Below are positions 26,453 to 35,379 of a stretch of DNA of 64,000 bases, piece after piece. The position numbers and the translations under genes are program-made. This DNA is from Dehalococcoidia bacterium (lineage in GTDB: Bacteria; Chloroflexota; Dehalococcoidia; Lucifugimonadales; Australimonadaceae), in assembly GCA_022820645.1 (NCBI GenBank), contig JAJEFD010000002.1:327796-391795 (forward strand), written 5' to 3'. The notes under the pieces are model-generated. The model saw nothing but the letters and a program-made list of their open reading frames with translations, was not told where the DNA came from and ran no database searches. The stretch's first letter is position 1, and each line of letters begins with the position of its first letter.

Positions 26453-26888
26453 CCTCTACAGGGACATCATCCTCGACCACTACCGCCGCCCCCGGAAGCA
26501 GGGCCTGCTCCCGGCCCCGGACCTGCAATCGACGGGCTTCAACCCGTTCTGCGGCGACCAGGTGGTCTTGACCATCAGCCTCGACGCTGACGGGCGCATC
26601 AGCGAGACGGGCTTCGAGGGCGAAGGCTGCTCCATCAGCCAGGCGTCGGCCTCGATGCTGGCTTCGCACCTCGGCGGTCAGACGATCGAGGAGGCGGAGG
26701 CGCTCGTGCAGACGTTCAAGGGCGTCATGCAGGGCGACGAGCTCACCGAAGAGGAAGAGGACGCGCTCGGCGACATCGTGGCGCTGCAGGGCGTGCGCGA
26801 GTTCCCCATCCGCATCAAGTGCGCCCTGCTCGGCTGGACGACGCTCCAGGACGCCATCGCCGACTACCGCAAGACGCAGGGAGGCTGA
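26427..26888 (+). CDS. sufU: Sulfur acceptor/scaffold SufU (IscU-like, Zn type)
   Basis: LYRDIILDHYRRPR, NPFCGD, GEGCSISQASASM and IKCALLGW motifs. Overlaps the sufS end by 26 nt. Confidence 0.9.
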   Translation: MQMPDRLDDLYRDIILDHYRRPRKQGLLPAPDLQSTGFNPFCGDQVVLTISLDADGRISETGFEGEGCSISQASASMLASHLGGQTIEEAEALVQTFKGVMQGDELTEEEEDALGDIVALQGVREFPIRIKCALLGWTTLQDAIADYRKTQGG

Positions 26889-26891
26889 CCC

Positions 26892-27215
26892 CTACCCTTC
26901 GTCCTCCACGACGACCGCCGTCCCGTACGCGAGCAGCTCCGACGCGCCGGTCATCACCATCGACGTGACGAACCGCATGCCGACGACGGCGTTCGCGCCC
27001 AAGCCCTCGGCCTGCTCCACCATCCGCGCGATGGCCTGCTCGCGCGACTCGGCCATGAGCCGCGTGTACTCCGTCACCTCACCGCCCACGATGTTGCGGA
27101 GGCCAGCGACGATGTCGCGTCCGATGTTCCGCGCCCGTATCGTGTTGCCCTGCACGAGGCCTTTCACTTCGGTGACGCGCTTCCCCGGGACTGAATCGGA
27201 CGTGGCAAGGATCAT
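26892..27215 (-). CDS. YbjQ/UPF0145 family protein
   Basis: Whole-length family pattern (GLVQGNTIRARNIGRDI..GGEV..Y..L....R..A..RM...A...GANAVVGMRF). Confidence 0.85.
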   Translation of the reverse strand: MILATSDSVPGKRVTEVKGLVQGNTIRARNIGRDIVAGLRNIVGGEVTEYTRLMAESREQAIARMVEQAEGLGANAVVGMRFVTSMVMTGASELLAYGTAVVVEDEG

Positions 27216-27451
27216 CGGTCAACCTCCTCGAATCGCTCTGTCCTGCTCTCTCGTATCCGGTCGCGGACGACCGATGCCATCAGTACCACGAATCCGACGA
27301 TGACAGCGGAGAGGGAGAGCCTGATGAAGAACGGTATCTCAGCGTCCGCGAAAACGACTGCCAGCACCGCAAAGACCCAGTAGCCGAACAGCCCAGCCAG
27401 CCCTATCAGCAGCAGTCCCAACCCGATGTTCTGCATCTCGCTCACCCCCAC
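27212..27451 (-). CDS. Small membrane protein (2-3 TM), hypothetical
   Basis: ATGA overlap with the ybjQ-like gene. Hydrophobic helices and a charged C-terminus. Confidence 0.5.
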   Translation of the reverse strand: MGVSEMQNIGLGLLLIGLAGLFGYWVFAVLAVVFADAEIPFFIRLSLSAVIVGFVVLMASVVRDRIRESRTERFEEVDR

Positions 27452-27481
27452 GGGAGCACCGTCGCGTCCATTATAGGAGAC

Positions 27482-29878
27482 CTACCGCAACTCCACCTCG
27501 GTTGCGCCGTCGCCGCCGCGTTCGCGTGGGGCGAACGCGTACGACGCCACCGCGCTGCTGTCCGCGAGCCGCCGCCAGACCGCGTTGCGCAGCGCGCCCG
27601 TCCCCTTCCCGTGCACGATGCGGACGTGCGTCAGGCCGTAGGCGAGGGCGCTGTCGATGTAGGCGTCGAGCCGTTCGACGGCCTCGTTGGCGCGCTCGCC
27701 GCGAACGTCCAGTTCGATGCCGGGCGCGGGCGTGGAGAGCGGAATCGCAACGCTGGAGCGGACGGGACGCTCCTCCTCGACGGGCTCTCCCGTGCGGCGC
27801 AGGCGCGACACGTCCATCTGCAGCCGCGCCGAGCCCACGAGCACCTCCACGCGCCCCGAGTTGTCGGGCTCGGTCAGCACCGAGCCCTTGATGCCAAGCG
27901 CGCCCACCTCCACCGTCTCGCCAACCGCGAGTTTCGTCTTACGCTCCGTCGGAGTTGACGCAGCGCGTTTCCCCCACACCCGCGAGCGCAGCGCGCGCTG
28001 TACGTCCGCCACGTCGCCGGACGCCGCTTCCATCACGCGCGGAGGCGGCGGCTCGCCGCGGAACGTCTGCCACTCCGCCGCGGACTCGGCCTGCCGCAGC
28101 TTCGCACGGACGCGGTTCGCCTCCTGGCGCAACCCGGCCCGCACCTCTTCCACGACCGACGCCTGCGCCGATTCCAGCGCCTCGACCTGCTTCGCCAGTT
28201 CCGCCGACAGTTCCGCAGCGCGGGCGCGCTCCGCCTCCGCCTCGTCGAGCTTCTCCCGCGTCAGCGCACGCTCCCAGCGTATCGCCGACAGCAGCCCTTC
28301 GGTCTCGCGGTGCACGGGGCCGAGCCGCTGCTGCGCGGCCTCGACGATGCGCGCGTCCAGCCCCGTCCGCGCCGCGATGTCCATCGCGTAGCTCCTGCCG
28401 GGCAGGCCCATCGTGAGCTTGTACGCGGGGCGGAGCGTCTGCGGGTCGAGTTCCACGCTGGCGTTCTCCATCGCCTCGTGCTCCTCGGCGAGCGCCGCAA
28501 GGGGCCGGTGGTGCGTCGTGACGACGCACGGCACACCCTGCTCAGCGAGATGCGCCGCGACCGCGCAGCCGAGGGCCGCTCCCTCCTCCGGGTCCGTCGA
28601 CGTGCCGAGTTCGTCGAACAGCACGAGCGAGCGGGGCGTCGCGTGCGCCAGTATCCCGGCGATGGCCGTCACGTGCGAGCTGAACGTGGAGACCGCGAGT
28701 TCGATGCTCTGCTGGTCGCCGATGTCGGCGTAGACGCCGTCGAAGAGCGGCAGCGACGTCTGTGGGGAGCATGGGAGCATCAGGCCGCTCTGCCGCATGA
28801 GCGCCATCAGGCCGAGCGTCTTGAGCGCGACGGTCTTGCCGCCCGTGTTGGGGCCGGTGACGACGAGCACCGTCACCGGCGGCTCCAGCGCGAGCGAGAC
28901 AGGCACCGCCGCGCCGAGCAACGGGTGGCGGGCCTCCACGAGCCGCACGGCGTCGCCCTCCCCCACCGCGACGCCCCGGTACGTGCCGGCATAGCGCGCC
29001 TTCGCGAGCGCAGCGTCCAGCCGTGCGACCATCTCCAGCGCGTGCATCGTCTCCGCCGCGCGGCGCGCCACGCTCACGGTGAGGCGCTGCAGGATGCGCC
29101 GCACCTCCTCCTGCTCCGCGTCGCCGGCCTCGCGCCAGCGGTTCGTGCGATGCACGTTCGAGAACGGCTCGATGAAGAGCGTCGCGCCGGAGTCGGACGA
29201 GCCGTGGACGATCCCGGGCATCCTGCCCTTGAAGTCGGCCTTCACCGGCAGCACGAGCCTGCCGCCGCGCACGGTGTAGAGGTTGTCCTGCAGCACCTCC
29301 GCGCCGAGGTCGGAGTCGACGTACGCCTGCAGCCCGGCCGAGGCCTGGTGGTAGGCGTCGCGGCTCTCGGAGCGGAGCTGCCGCAGCAGCGGGCTGGCGT
29401 CGTCCTTCAGTTCGCCCGAGGGCGTCAGCTTCGCGCGCAGCTCCCGCTCCAGCGGGCGCAGGTCCGCGATGTTCCGCGTGAGGCTCCGCAGGAGCGGTGT
29501 CCGCGAGCGCGCCGTCCCGCCGAGGGCCTTCGCCGAGCGTGCGGCATCGAGCCCGTCGGCGACGGCGATCAGTTCGCTGCCGAGGAGCATGCCGCCCATC
29601 GCGGCGCGCTGTACCAGCGGACGCGGGTCGTTGGAGAGCGCAAGCGACGGCGACTCGTCGAGCAGCAGCGCGGCCTCGGCAGTCTCCTGCTGCAGTTCGG
29701 CGACAGCCGCTGCGTCGTAGACGGGCGAAAGCGCCAGCGCGCGTTCGCGGGACATCGGCGTGCGGGTATGGCTCGCCAGCGCCTCGCGGATGCGGGGGAA
29801 CTCCAGCAGTTCCAGCGTCCGCTCGCGCAGTTCAGGCCCCGTCGCGGAGGCGGGCCGCACGTCCGGCAGGTTCGTCAT
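27482..29878 (-). CDS. mutS2: Endonuclease MutS2 (MutS domain V ATPase + C-terminal Smr domain)
   Basis: Walker A GPNTGGKTV, DELGTSTDPEEG, and C-terminal Smr motifs (LDVRGERANEAV, VRIVHGKGTGALR). Confidence 0.93.
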   Translation of the reverse strand: MTNLPDVRPASATGPELRERTLELLEFPRIREALASHTRTPMSRERALALSPVYDAAAVAELQQETAEAALLLDESPSLALSNDPRPLVQRAAMGGMLLGSELIAVADGLDAARSAKALGGTARSRTPLLRSLTRNIADLRPLERELRAKLTPSGELKDDASPLLRQLRSESRDAYHQASAGLQAYVDSDLGAEVLQDNLYTVRGGRLVLPVKADFKGRMPGIVHGSSDSGATLFIEPFSNVHRTNRWREAGDAEQEEVRRILQRLTVSVARRAAETMHALEMVARLDAALAKARYAGTYRGVAVGEGDAVRLVEARHPLLGAAVPVSLALEPPVTVLVVTGPNTGGKTVALKTLGLMALMRQSGLMLPCSPQTSLPLFDGVYADIGDQQSIELAVSTFSSHVTAIAGILAHATPRSLVLFDELGTSTDPEEGAALGCAVAAHLAEQGVPCVVTTHHRPLAALAEEHEAMENASVELDPQTLRPAYKLTMGLPGRSYAMDIAARTGLDARIVEAAQQRLGPVHRETEGLLSAIRWERALTREKLDEAEAERARAAELSAELAKQVEALESAQASVVEEVRAGLRQEANRVRAKLRQAESAAEWQTFRGEPPPPRVMEAASGDVADVQRALRSRVWGKRAASTPTERKTKLAVGETVEVGALGIKGSVLTEPDNSGRVEVLVGSARLQMDVSRLRRTGEPVEEERPVRSSVAIPLSTPAPGIELDVRGERANEAVERLDAYIDSALAYGLTHVRIVHGKGTGALRNAVWRRLADSSAVASYAFAPRERGGDGATEVELR

Positions 29879-29933
29879 CTTCCCCGGATTCTACAGGGGG
29901 TGGGTTGTTAACGTGTACGCTCGCTTCTGCGCG

Positions 29934-29942
29934 TGCTAAACT
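29934..29942 (+). promoter_or_regulatory. Candidate extended -10 (TGCTAAACT) upstream of coaE
   Basis: Same TGCTAnAnT pattern as at 46062, 46465, 52352 and 35362. Confidence 0.35.
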
Positions 29943-30000
29943 CAGCCATTGCGCTATGCACCGGGAGGGTGCGGCGCGGAAACGGAGGCTCCGGGGCAAC

Positions 30001-30600
30001 GTGCGGGTCATCGGGCTGACGGGCGGGATCGGCACTGGCAAGAGTGAGGCCGCGAGCATCCTTGCGAGCCTCGGCGCAGTGATTATCGACGCCGACGCAG
30101 AAGGACACCGCGCCTACGCGAAAGGGACCATCGGCTGGAGGCGTCTCGTCGAGATATTCAGCAGCGGCATACTGAACGACGACCAGGAGATAGACCGCGC
30201 CCGGCTCGGAGAGTTCGTTTTCGCCAACCCGCAGGCGCTCGCCTGGCTGAACGCCGCGATCCACCCGCTCATCCGTCAACAGGTGGCGCGTGCGATCGAG
30301 CAGCACCGGCAGAACGGCGAGCACGCCGTCGTCATCGACGCAGCGCTCCTCTACCAGGCGAAGTGGGACGACCTCGCGGACGAGGTGTGGGTCGTCGAAG
30401 CGCCTCCCGCAACGGTGCTGGAGCGCCTCCAGAAGCGCGGGCTGACTCCGGAGGACGTGCGGCGGCGCGCCGAGGCGCAGAGCGGGGCCGAGGCCGCGCT
30501 GAGCAAGGCAGACGCTATCATCGAGAACTCGGGCTCGCCGGAAGACCTGCGGGCGCGCGTTCAGGGACTGTGGGAAGAGAGAATCCTGTCCGTAAGGTAG
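30001..30600 (+). CDS. coaE: Dephospho-CoA kinase
   Basis: [17 protein letters not shown]-loop at the extreme N-terminus if the GTG at 30001 is used (GGAGG 12 nt upstream). An in-frame ATG at 29956 is the alternative. Confidence 0.85.
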   Translation: MRVIGLTGGIGTGKSEAASILASLGAVIIDADAEGHRAYAKGTIGWRRLVEIFSSGILNDDQEIDRARLGEFVFANPQALAWLNAAIHPLIRQQVARAIEQHRQNGEHAVVIDAALLYQAKWDDLADEVWVVEAPPATVLERLQKRGLTPEDVRRRAEAQSGAEAALSKADAIIENSGSPEDLRARVQGLWEERILSVR

Positions 30601-30608
30601 TGCGACAC

Positions 30609-31478
30609 ATGGCGAACCAGGCAACCCAACTCTATCAGCAGCACAACATCGAAGAGTACTTCATCGATAAGGAGCCCTTCTACCTCGAAGTTGCCGACGA
30701 GATCGACATCTTCGAGGCGGCCTACGCGCAGCGCGTGCCCATCCTCCTCAAGGGACCGACGGGCTCCGGCAAGACACGCTTCGTCGAGTACATGTCGTGG
30801 CGCCTCAACCAAGCCCGCAAGCGCGACGGCCGAGCCGACCAGATGTCGCCGCTCGTCACGGTCGCCTGCCACGAGGACCTCACCGCGAGCGACCTGGTCG
30901 GGCGCTACCTGCTCGAACCGGAGGGGACGCGCTGGATAGACGGCCCCCTCACCCGTGCGGTCAAGCACGGCGGCATCTGCTACCTCGACGAGGTCGTCGA
31001 GGCGCGGAAGGACACCACCGTACTCATCCACCCGCTCTCCGACCACCGCCGTCTGCTCCACATCGAGAAGATCGGCGAGGTGCTGGAGTCGCACCCGAAC
31101 TTCCTGCTCGTCATCTCGTACAACCCCGGCTACCAGAGCGCGCTGAAGGACCTGAAGCACTCGACGCGCCAGCGGTTCATCGCCATCGAGTTCGACTTCC
31201 CGCCGCGCGACCTCGAGGGCCCGATCATCCAGCACGAGAGCGGCGTCGACATCACGACCGCCCAGCAGTTGGCGCTGCTCGGCGAGAAGATACGCAACCT
31301 CATCGGCCAGGGACTGCAGGAAGGCGTCAGCACGCGCCTGCTCATCTACGCCGGCAAGCTCATCGAGCACGGCATCGCGCCGCGCAGGGCGTGCGAGGTC
31401 GCCGTCGTGTGGGGCCTCACCGACGACCACGAGACCCAGGCGAGCGTGATGGAGATCGTGACCTCCATCTTCCCGTAA
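30609..31478 (+). CDS. CbbQ/NirQ/NorQ-type MoxR AAA+ ATPase
   Basis: Walker [17 protein letters not shown], Walker [26 protein letters not shown]. Collinear with the CbbQ family over its whole length. Confidence 0.85.
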   Translation: MANQATQLYQQHNIEEYFIDKEPFYLEVADEIDIFEAAYAQRVPILLKGPTGSGKTRFVEYMSWRLNQARKRDGRADQMSPLVTVACHEDLTASDLVGRYLLEPEGTRWIDGPLTRAVKHGGICYLDEVVEARKDTTVLIHPLSDHRRLLHIEKIGEVLESHPNFLLVISYNPGYQSALKDLKHSTRQRFIAIEFDFPPRDLEGPIIQHESGVDITTAQQLALLGEKIRNLIGQGLQEGVSTRLLIYAGKLIEHGIAPRRACEVAVVWGLTDDHETQASVMEIVTSIFP

Positions 31479-32125
31479 TGGCGGCCACCTTGCAGACAAC
31501 GCCGGTACCGGCTGAAGCAGCCTCCCGCATCGAGGCGCTGCGCGCGGCACTCGCCGCCCGCGAGCCCTCCCCTCCGACCAACGCGGACGGCGCGCGGCCT
31601 GCAGCCGTCCTCATCCCGCTGCACTACCACGACGGCGAGTGGCACGTCATCCTCAACGTGCGGTCGCAGTTCGTCGGCATGCACCAGGGCGAGATCGCTT
31701 TCCCCGGCGGCAAGTACGAACCGAGCGACCCGGACATGCTCGCGTGCGCACTCCGCGAGGCGCACGAGGAGATGGGCATCGCCCCCGGGGACGTGGACGT
31801 CATCGGCTCGCTGGAACCTGTCCTTACTCGAACGGACTACCTCGTCTGGTCCACGGTCGGGGTCATCCCGCATCCGTACCGGTTCGAGGTCGACGAGAAC
31901 GAGGTCGCCGAGATCATCGAGATCCCGCTCGACCATCTGCTGACCGACGCCGCGGAACGCCACGAGGCGAGGCTCCAGCCGGACGGCAGTCTGCTGCAGC
32001 GCAAGGCGTACGTGCACGGCCCCAACCTCGTATTCGGCGCGACGGCCTGGATCCTCGCGCAACTGCTCGACCTGCTGCGGGACCTGCGCCCCGGAGACGC
32101 GGGGCAGGAGAAGGAGACGGCGTGA
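31478..32125 (+). CDS. NUDIX hydrolase, CoA pyrophosphatase (NudL/Nudt7-like) type
   Basis: TAATG overlap with the AAA+ gene. ILNVRSQFVGMHQGEIAFPGGKYEPSDPDMLACALREAHEEMGI combines the CoA-type upstream motif with a NUDIX box. Confidence 0.75.
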   Translation: MAATLQTTPVPAEAASRIEALRAALAAREPSPPTNADGARPAAVLIPLHYHDGEWHVILNVRSQFVGMHQGEIAFPGGKYEPSDPDMLACALREAHEEMGIAPGDVDVIGSLEPVLTRTDYLVWSTVGVIPHPYRFEVDENEVAEIIEIPLDHLLTDAAERHEARLQPDGSLLQRKAYVHGPNLVFGATAWILAQLLDLLRDLRPGDAGQEKETA

Positions 32126-35100
32126 CGAACGAGCACGACAGCGTCATCGAGGAGCTGAAGAAGCACCCGTCCGCTCTCATCTCCGCCTACGAAGCGGTCG
32201 CCGACGAGGTGACGGAAGCGCTCGGCCCCGCCCCGGCCCTGCGCTGGGCGCAGCAGGGCGTCCGCATCGCATCGCAGGGCCCCCGCGCATGGGAAGCAGC
32301 CACGGAGTACTTCAAGGCATCGCCCCAGGTCGTGCAGACCATCGGCTTCACCCAGTTCGAGCGGTGGGCCGAGAGCGGCATCGAACTCACCGCTGAGGCG
32401 CCCGTCATCGCGGCGTCGTTCTTCCGCGCCAGCCCGCGCGTCCTCCCCACCCTCGCGCCCCGCCACATCGCCGGATGGGCCGGGCTCGGGCGCGGGCTCT
32501 CCAAGGGCACCTGGAAATCGTCCAGCCTCGCGGCGCGCTTCTTCGACGTCAGCGACGAACTCGTGCAGCAGGTCAACTTCCACGAGTTGCAACTGTTCGT
32601 CTCGCTCGTGCAGACGCTCGCGAGCCGCTCCTACGACCTCGCCGCCGAGGCGCTCGTGCTCGGCCAGCGCGTTCTGCCCGCAGTCAGCGAGCGCGAGGAG
32701 CTGATCTCGCTCGCCAAGGTGCTCGCCGAAACGAGCTGGCGCGAGGTGCGCGGCTCGTTCGAAGCCGCGACCCGTGTCGGCAACAGCGTCGACCGCCGGC
32801 TGCGCCCGCGCTACTTCGCACTCAGCGAACGGCTCGCGCGCCAGGGGCTCGGCAACGTCTCCGCCTTCATGGTGGAGAGCGCGCAGTCGCTCGGCCTGCT
32901 CCCCCAGGAGTTGCAGACGATGGTGCTGGAGCGCGCGGAAGACCTCGCCGACACCTCCGCCGAGGCCGTCAGCGCCTTCCTGCGCACCGCGCCCAACGTG
33001 CTTGACCGCATCAGCCCCGCGCAACTGGACACCTGGTTCGGACGCGGCCTCGAGTTCCTGAAGGAGAACCCGGACGCGGGCATCGCCTACTTCCGGCTCG
33101 AGTCCGCCCGCGCCGAGACGCTGCTCGACCAGCTCTCATCCAGCATCGAGTTGGAGAAGGTGCACGGACTCCTCCGCATGTACTCCAACGCGCTCGCCGG
33201 CACCGAGGTCGAACTGCAGGAATCGACCGACATCACGCATCGCAACATCGGCTGGGTCTCCGTGGAGTTCGCCACGACCGACGGCAAGAGCGTCTTCCTG
33301 CCCCCCACCGTCGACCTGCGCGACACCAAGAGCGAGAACTTCGCATGGCTCAAGGTCGTCACCACGCACCAGGTGGGGCACCTCGAGTTCCAGAGCTTCG
33401 ACTTCGACTTCCACGCGCCCTCGGCAGGGTTCAACGACTACCGAGAGGGCATCGCGGAGGGTCTCGGCGCGACTCCGGGCACGACCGAGGTCGCCTCGTT
33501 CTTCGACCTCTTCCCGGTCCGCGCAATGGCGGCCGACCTCTTCTCGACCACGGAGAGCGCCCGCATCGACCAGCGCATCGTGGAGCAGTACCGCGGACTC
33601 GCGCCGAGCTACGAGCGCGTGCAGAACGACGCCCTCGCGTCGCGCGGCCCCATCGAGATGATGCCGGCCCAGCAGGCGCTCATGGAGATGCTCATCCGGC
33701 AGAGCCTCGGGCAGAGCAGCGCCCGCATCCCTTCCACCTACGCCGAGCAGGCGCGGCAGCTCGCCGGCCTGCTTCGCAGCGTGCGCAATCGCGACGCCAC
33801 GGTCGAGGACTCCGCCGAGGCCGCGCTGCGCATGTACTACACGCTCTCCCAGGTGCCCAACGCATTCGTGCCGCTGGACGACTGGGAGGACGTCGACCTC
33901 TCCAACGCCGGCTTCGACGAACCGACGCTCGAAGAGATCGTCGAGCGCCTGCGCGCCGAGGCCGAGGAGGCGCAGGAGGAGGCGTCGGGCGACGAGTACG
34001 AATCGCCGGACGACGTCGACTACCGGGGCGACTTCAAGCCGGAGATGGTGCAGCTGCTCGCCCAGATGCGCGGGCAGGCCGAGCCCGGCGAAGAGGACGG
34101 CTCCGAGAGCGCGCAGGGCATATCGCAGGCCGAACTCGAGCAGGCGTTACGCGAGTCCACGGAGATCGACTTCGCCGACGACGCCGAGGTGACCACCGTC
34201 GCCGCCAACATGATGAAGGAGATGGGCGCGGACGCTCCGCAGAACCCCGCGGGCTCCGGCTACAACCAGATACCGCACGTGGACGAGGAAGGCGGGCCGC
34301 TCGAACCCCTGGAGCCGCGCTCTTACGCCTACGACGAGTGGGACTTCCGCGCCAACGACTACCGCCCGCGCTGGTGCATCGTGCAGGAGCGCCTCGCCGT
34401 TTCCGGCGAGACCGCCTTCTACAACGAGACGATGCACTCCTACGCCGGGCTGATCGAGCAGATCAGGCGGCAGTTCGAGTCCGTCCGCCCGGAGATGTAC
34501 CGCAAGGTGAAGCGGCTGCCGGAGGGCGAGGACGTCGACCTCGACGCGGGCATCGAGGCGCTCATCGACCTGCGGAACAAGATGACGCCGGACGAGCGCA
34601 TCTACTGGCGCCGCAACAAGGACGAACGCGACGTTGCCGTCGTCTTCCTGCTCGACATGAGCGCGTCGACCGCTGAGGCTGTCGAGGAGAGTTCACGCGA
34701 GTCCGACTGGAACGCGCCCGGCGACCCGGTCGCCTACACCGCGTGGCTCCGCGCCCGCAGAGGCGAGACCGCCCGCCGCCCCTACAAGCGCATCATCGAC
34801 GTCGAGAAGGAGTCGATGGTACTGCTGATGAACGCGCTGGAGACCATCGGCGACCGCTACGGCGTCTACGGCTTCTCCGGCTTCGGACGCGAGAACGTCG
34901 AGTTCTACGTCATCAAGGAGGTCGAGGAGCTCTTCTCCGACCGCGTGAAGCGCCGCATGGACAAGGTGGCCCCGCTCCACGCGACGCGCATGGGCCCGGC
35001 CATCCGCCACGCCACCACCAAGCTGGCCAACGTGGACGCCAAGACCAAGTTCATGTTCGTCATCAGCGACGGCCGCCCGCAGGACCGCGGCTACTCGCGC

Positions 35101-35313
35101 GAGGGGGTCGAGAAGGAGTACGCGGTGCAGGACACGCGCATGGCCCTGATGGAGGCGCGCAACCTGGACATCACGCCGTTCTGTCTCACCGTCGACCGCA
35201 ACGGCCACGACTACCTCCGCACCATGACGGGCGACCTCAACTACGAGGTGCTGCCCGACATCATGGAGTTGCCTCGCCGCCTGCCGCAGCTGTACAAGAA
35301 GATCACGCTGTAG
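32122..35313 (+). CDS. Large (1063 aa) CbbO/NorD-like protein with C-terminal von Willebrand factor A domain
   Basis: GTGA overlap with the NUDIX gene. YDEWDFRANDYRPRWC motif and MIDAS DMSAS in VVFLLDMSASTAE. VISDGRPQD. Three N-terminal F(F/L/K)(R/K)(A/T)(S/A)PxV(L/V)...W repeats and an acidic central linker. Confidence 0.75.
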   Translation: MTNEHDSVIEELKKHPSALISAYEAVADEVTEALGPAPALRWAQQGVRIASQGPRAWEAATEYFKASPQVVQTIGFTQFERWAESGIELTAEAPVIAASFFRASPRVLPTLAPRHIAGWAGLGRGLSKGTWKSSSLAARFFDVSDELVQQVNFHELQLFVSLVQTLASRSYDLAAEALVLGQRVLPAVSEREELISLAKVLAETSWREVRGSFEAATRVGNSVDRRLRPRYFALSERLARQGLGNVSAFMVESAQSLGLLPQELQTMVLERAEDLADTSAEAVSAFLRTAPNVLDRISPAQLDTWFGRGLEFLKENPDAGIAYFRLESARAETLLDQLSSSIELEKVHGLLRMYSNALAGTEVELQESTDITHRNIGWVSVEFATTDGKSVFLPPTVDLRDTKSENFAWLKVVTTHQVGHLEFQSFDFDFHAPSAGFNDYREGIAEGLGATPGTTEVASFFDLFPVRAMAADLFSTTESARIDQRIVEQYRGLAPSYERVQNDALASRGPIEMMPAQQALMEMLIRQSLGQSSARIPSTYAEQARQLAGLLRSVRNRDATVEDSAEAALRMYYTLSQVPNAFVPLDDWEDVDLSNAGFDEPTLEEIVERLRAEAEEAQEEASGDEYESPDDVDYRGDFKPEMVQLLAQMRGQAEPGEEDGSESAQGISQAELEQALRESTEIDFADDAEVTTVAANMMKEMGADAPQNPAGSGYNQIPHVDEEGGPLEPLEPRSYAYDEWDFRANDYRPRWCIVQERLAVSGETAFYNETMHSYAGLIEQIRRQFESVRPEMYRKVKRLPEGEDVDLDAGIEALIDLRNKMTPDERIYWRRNKDERDVAVVFLLDMSASTAEAVEESSRESDWNAPGDPVAYTAWLRARRGETARRPYKRIIDVEKESMVLLMNALETIGDRYGVYGFSGFGRENVEFYVIKEVEELFSDRVKRRMDKVAPLHATRMGPAIRHATTKLANVDAKTKFMFVISDGRPQDRGYSREGVEKEYAVQDTRMALMEARNLDITPFCLTVDRNGHDYLRTMTGDLNYEVLPDIMELPRRLPQLYKKITL

Positions 35314-35361
35314 GCGAGACCGCTAGAGGCGAGGTCCGCGGCTTCTCCCACACCTGCCATC

Positions 35362-35370
35362 TGCTAACAT
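35362..35370 (+). promoter_or_regulatory. Candidate extended -10 (TGCTAACAT) 9 nt before the ATG, suggesting a leaderless transcript
   Basis: No SD sequence upstream of the ATG at 35380. Follows the TGCTAnnAT pattern. Confidence 0.4.
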
Positions 35371-35379
35371 CCGCCTGCC

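Noticed and set aside
31639-32121. N-terminal 161 codons of the 1224-aa ORF for the VWA protein
   Set aside because: This part overlaps the NUDIX gene in another frame and is Arg/Gly/Pro-rich. The GTG at 32122 overlapping the NUDIX stop (GTGA) gives a sensible start.
30609-35313. Calling the AAA+/VWA pair a RuBisCO activase (cbbQ/cbbO) or NO-reductase maturation factor (norQ/norD)
   Set aside because: Family membership is supported, but no RuBisCO, carboxysome, or norB/norC gene lies in the window. Assigning either specific function would be unsupported.
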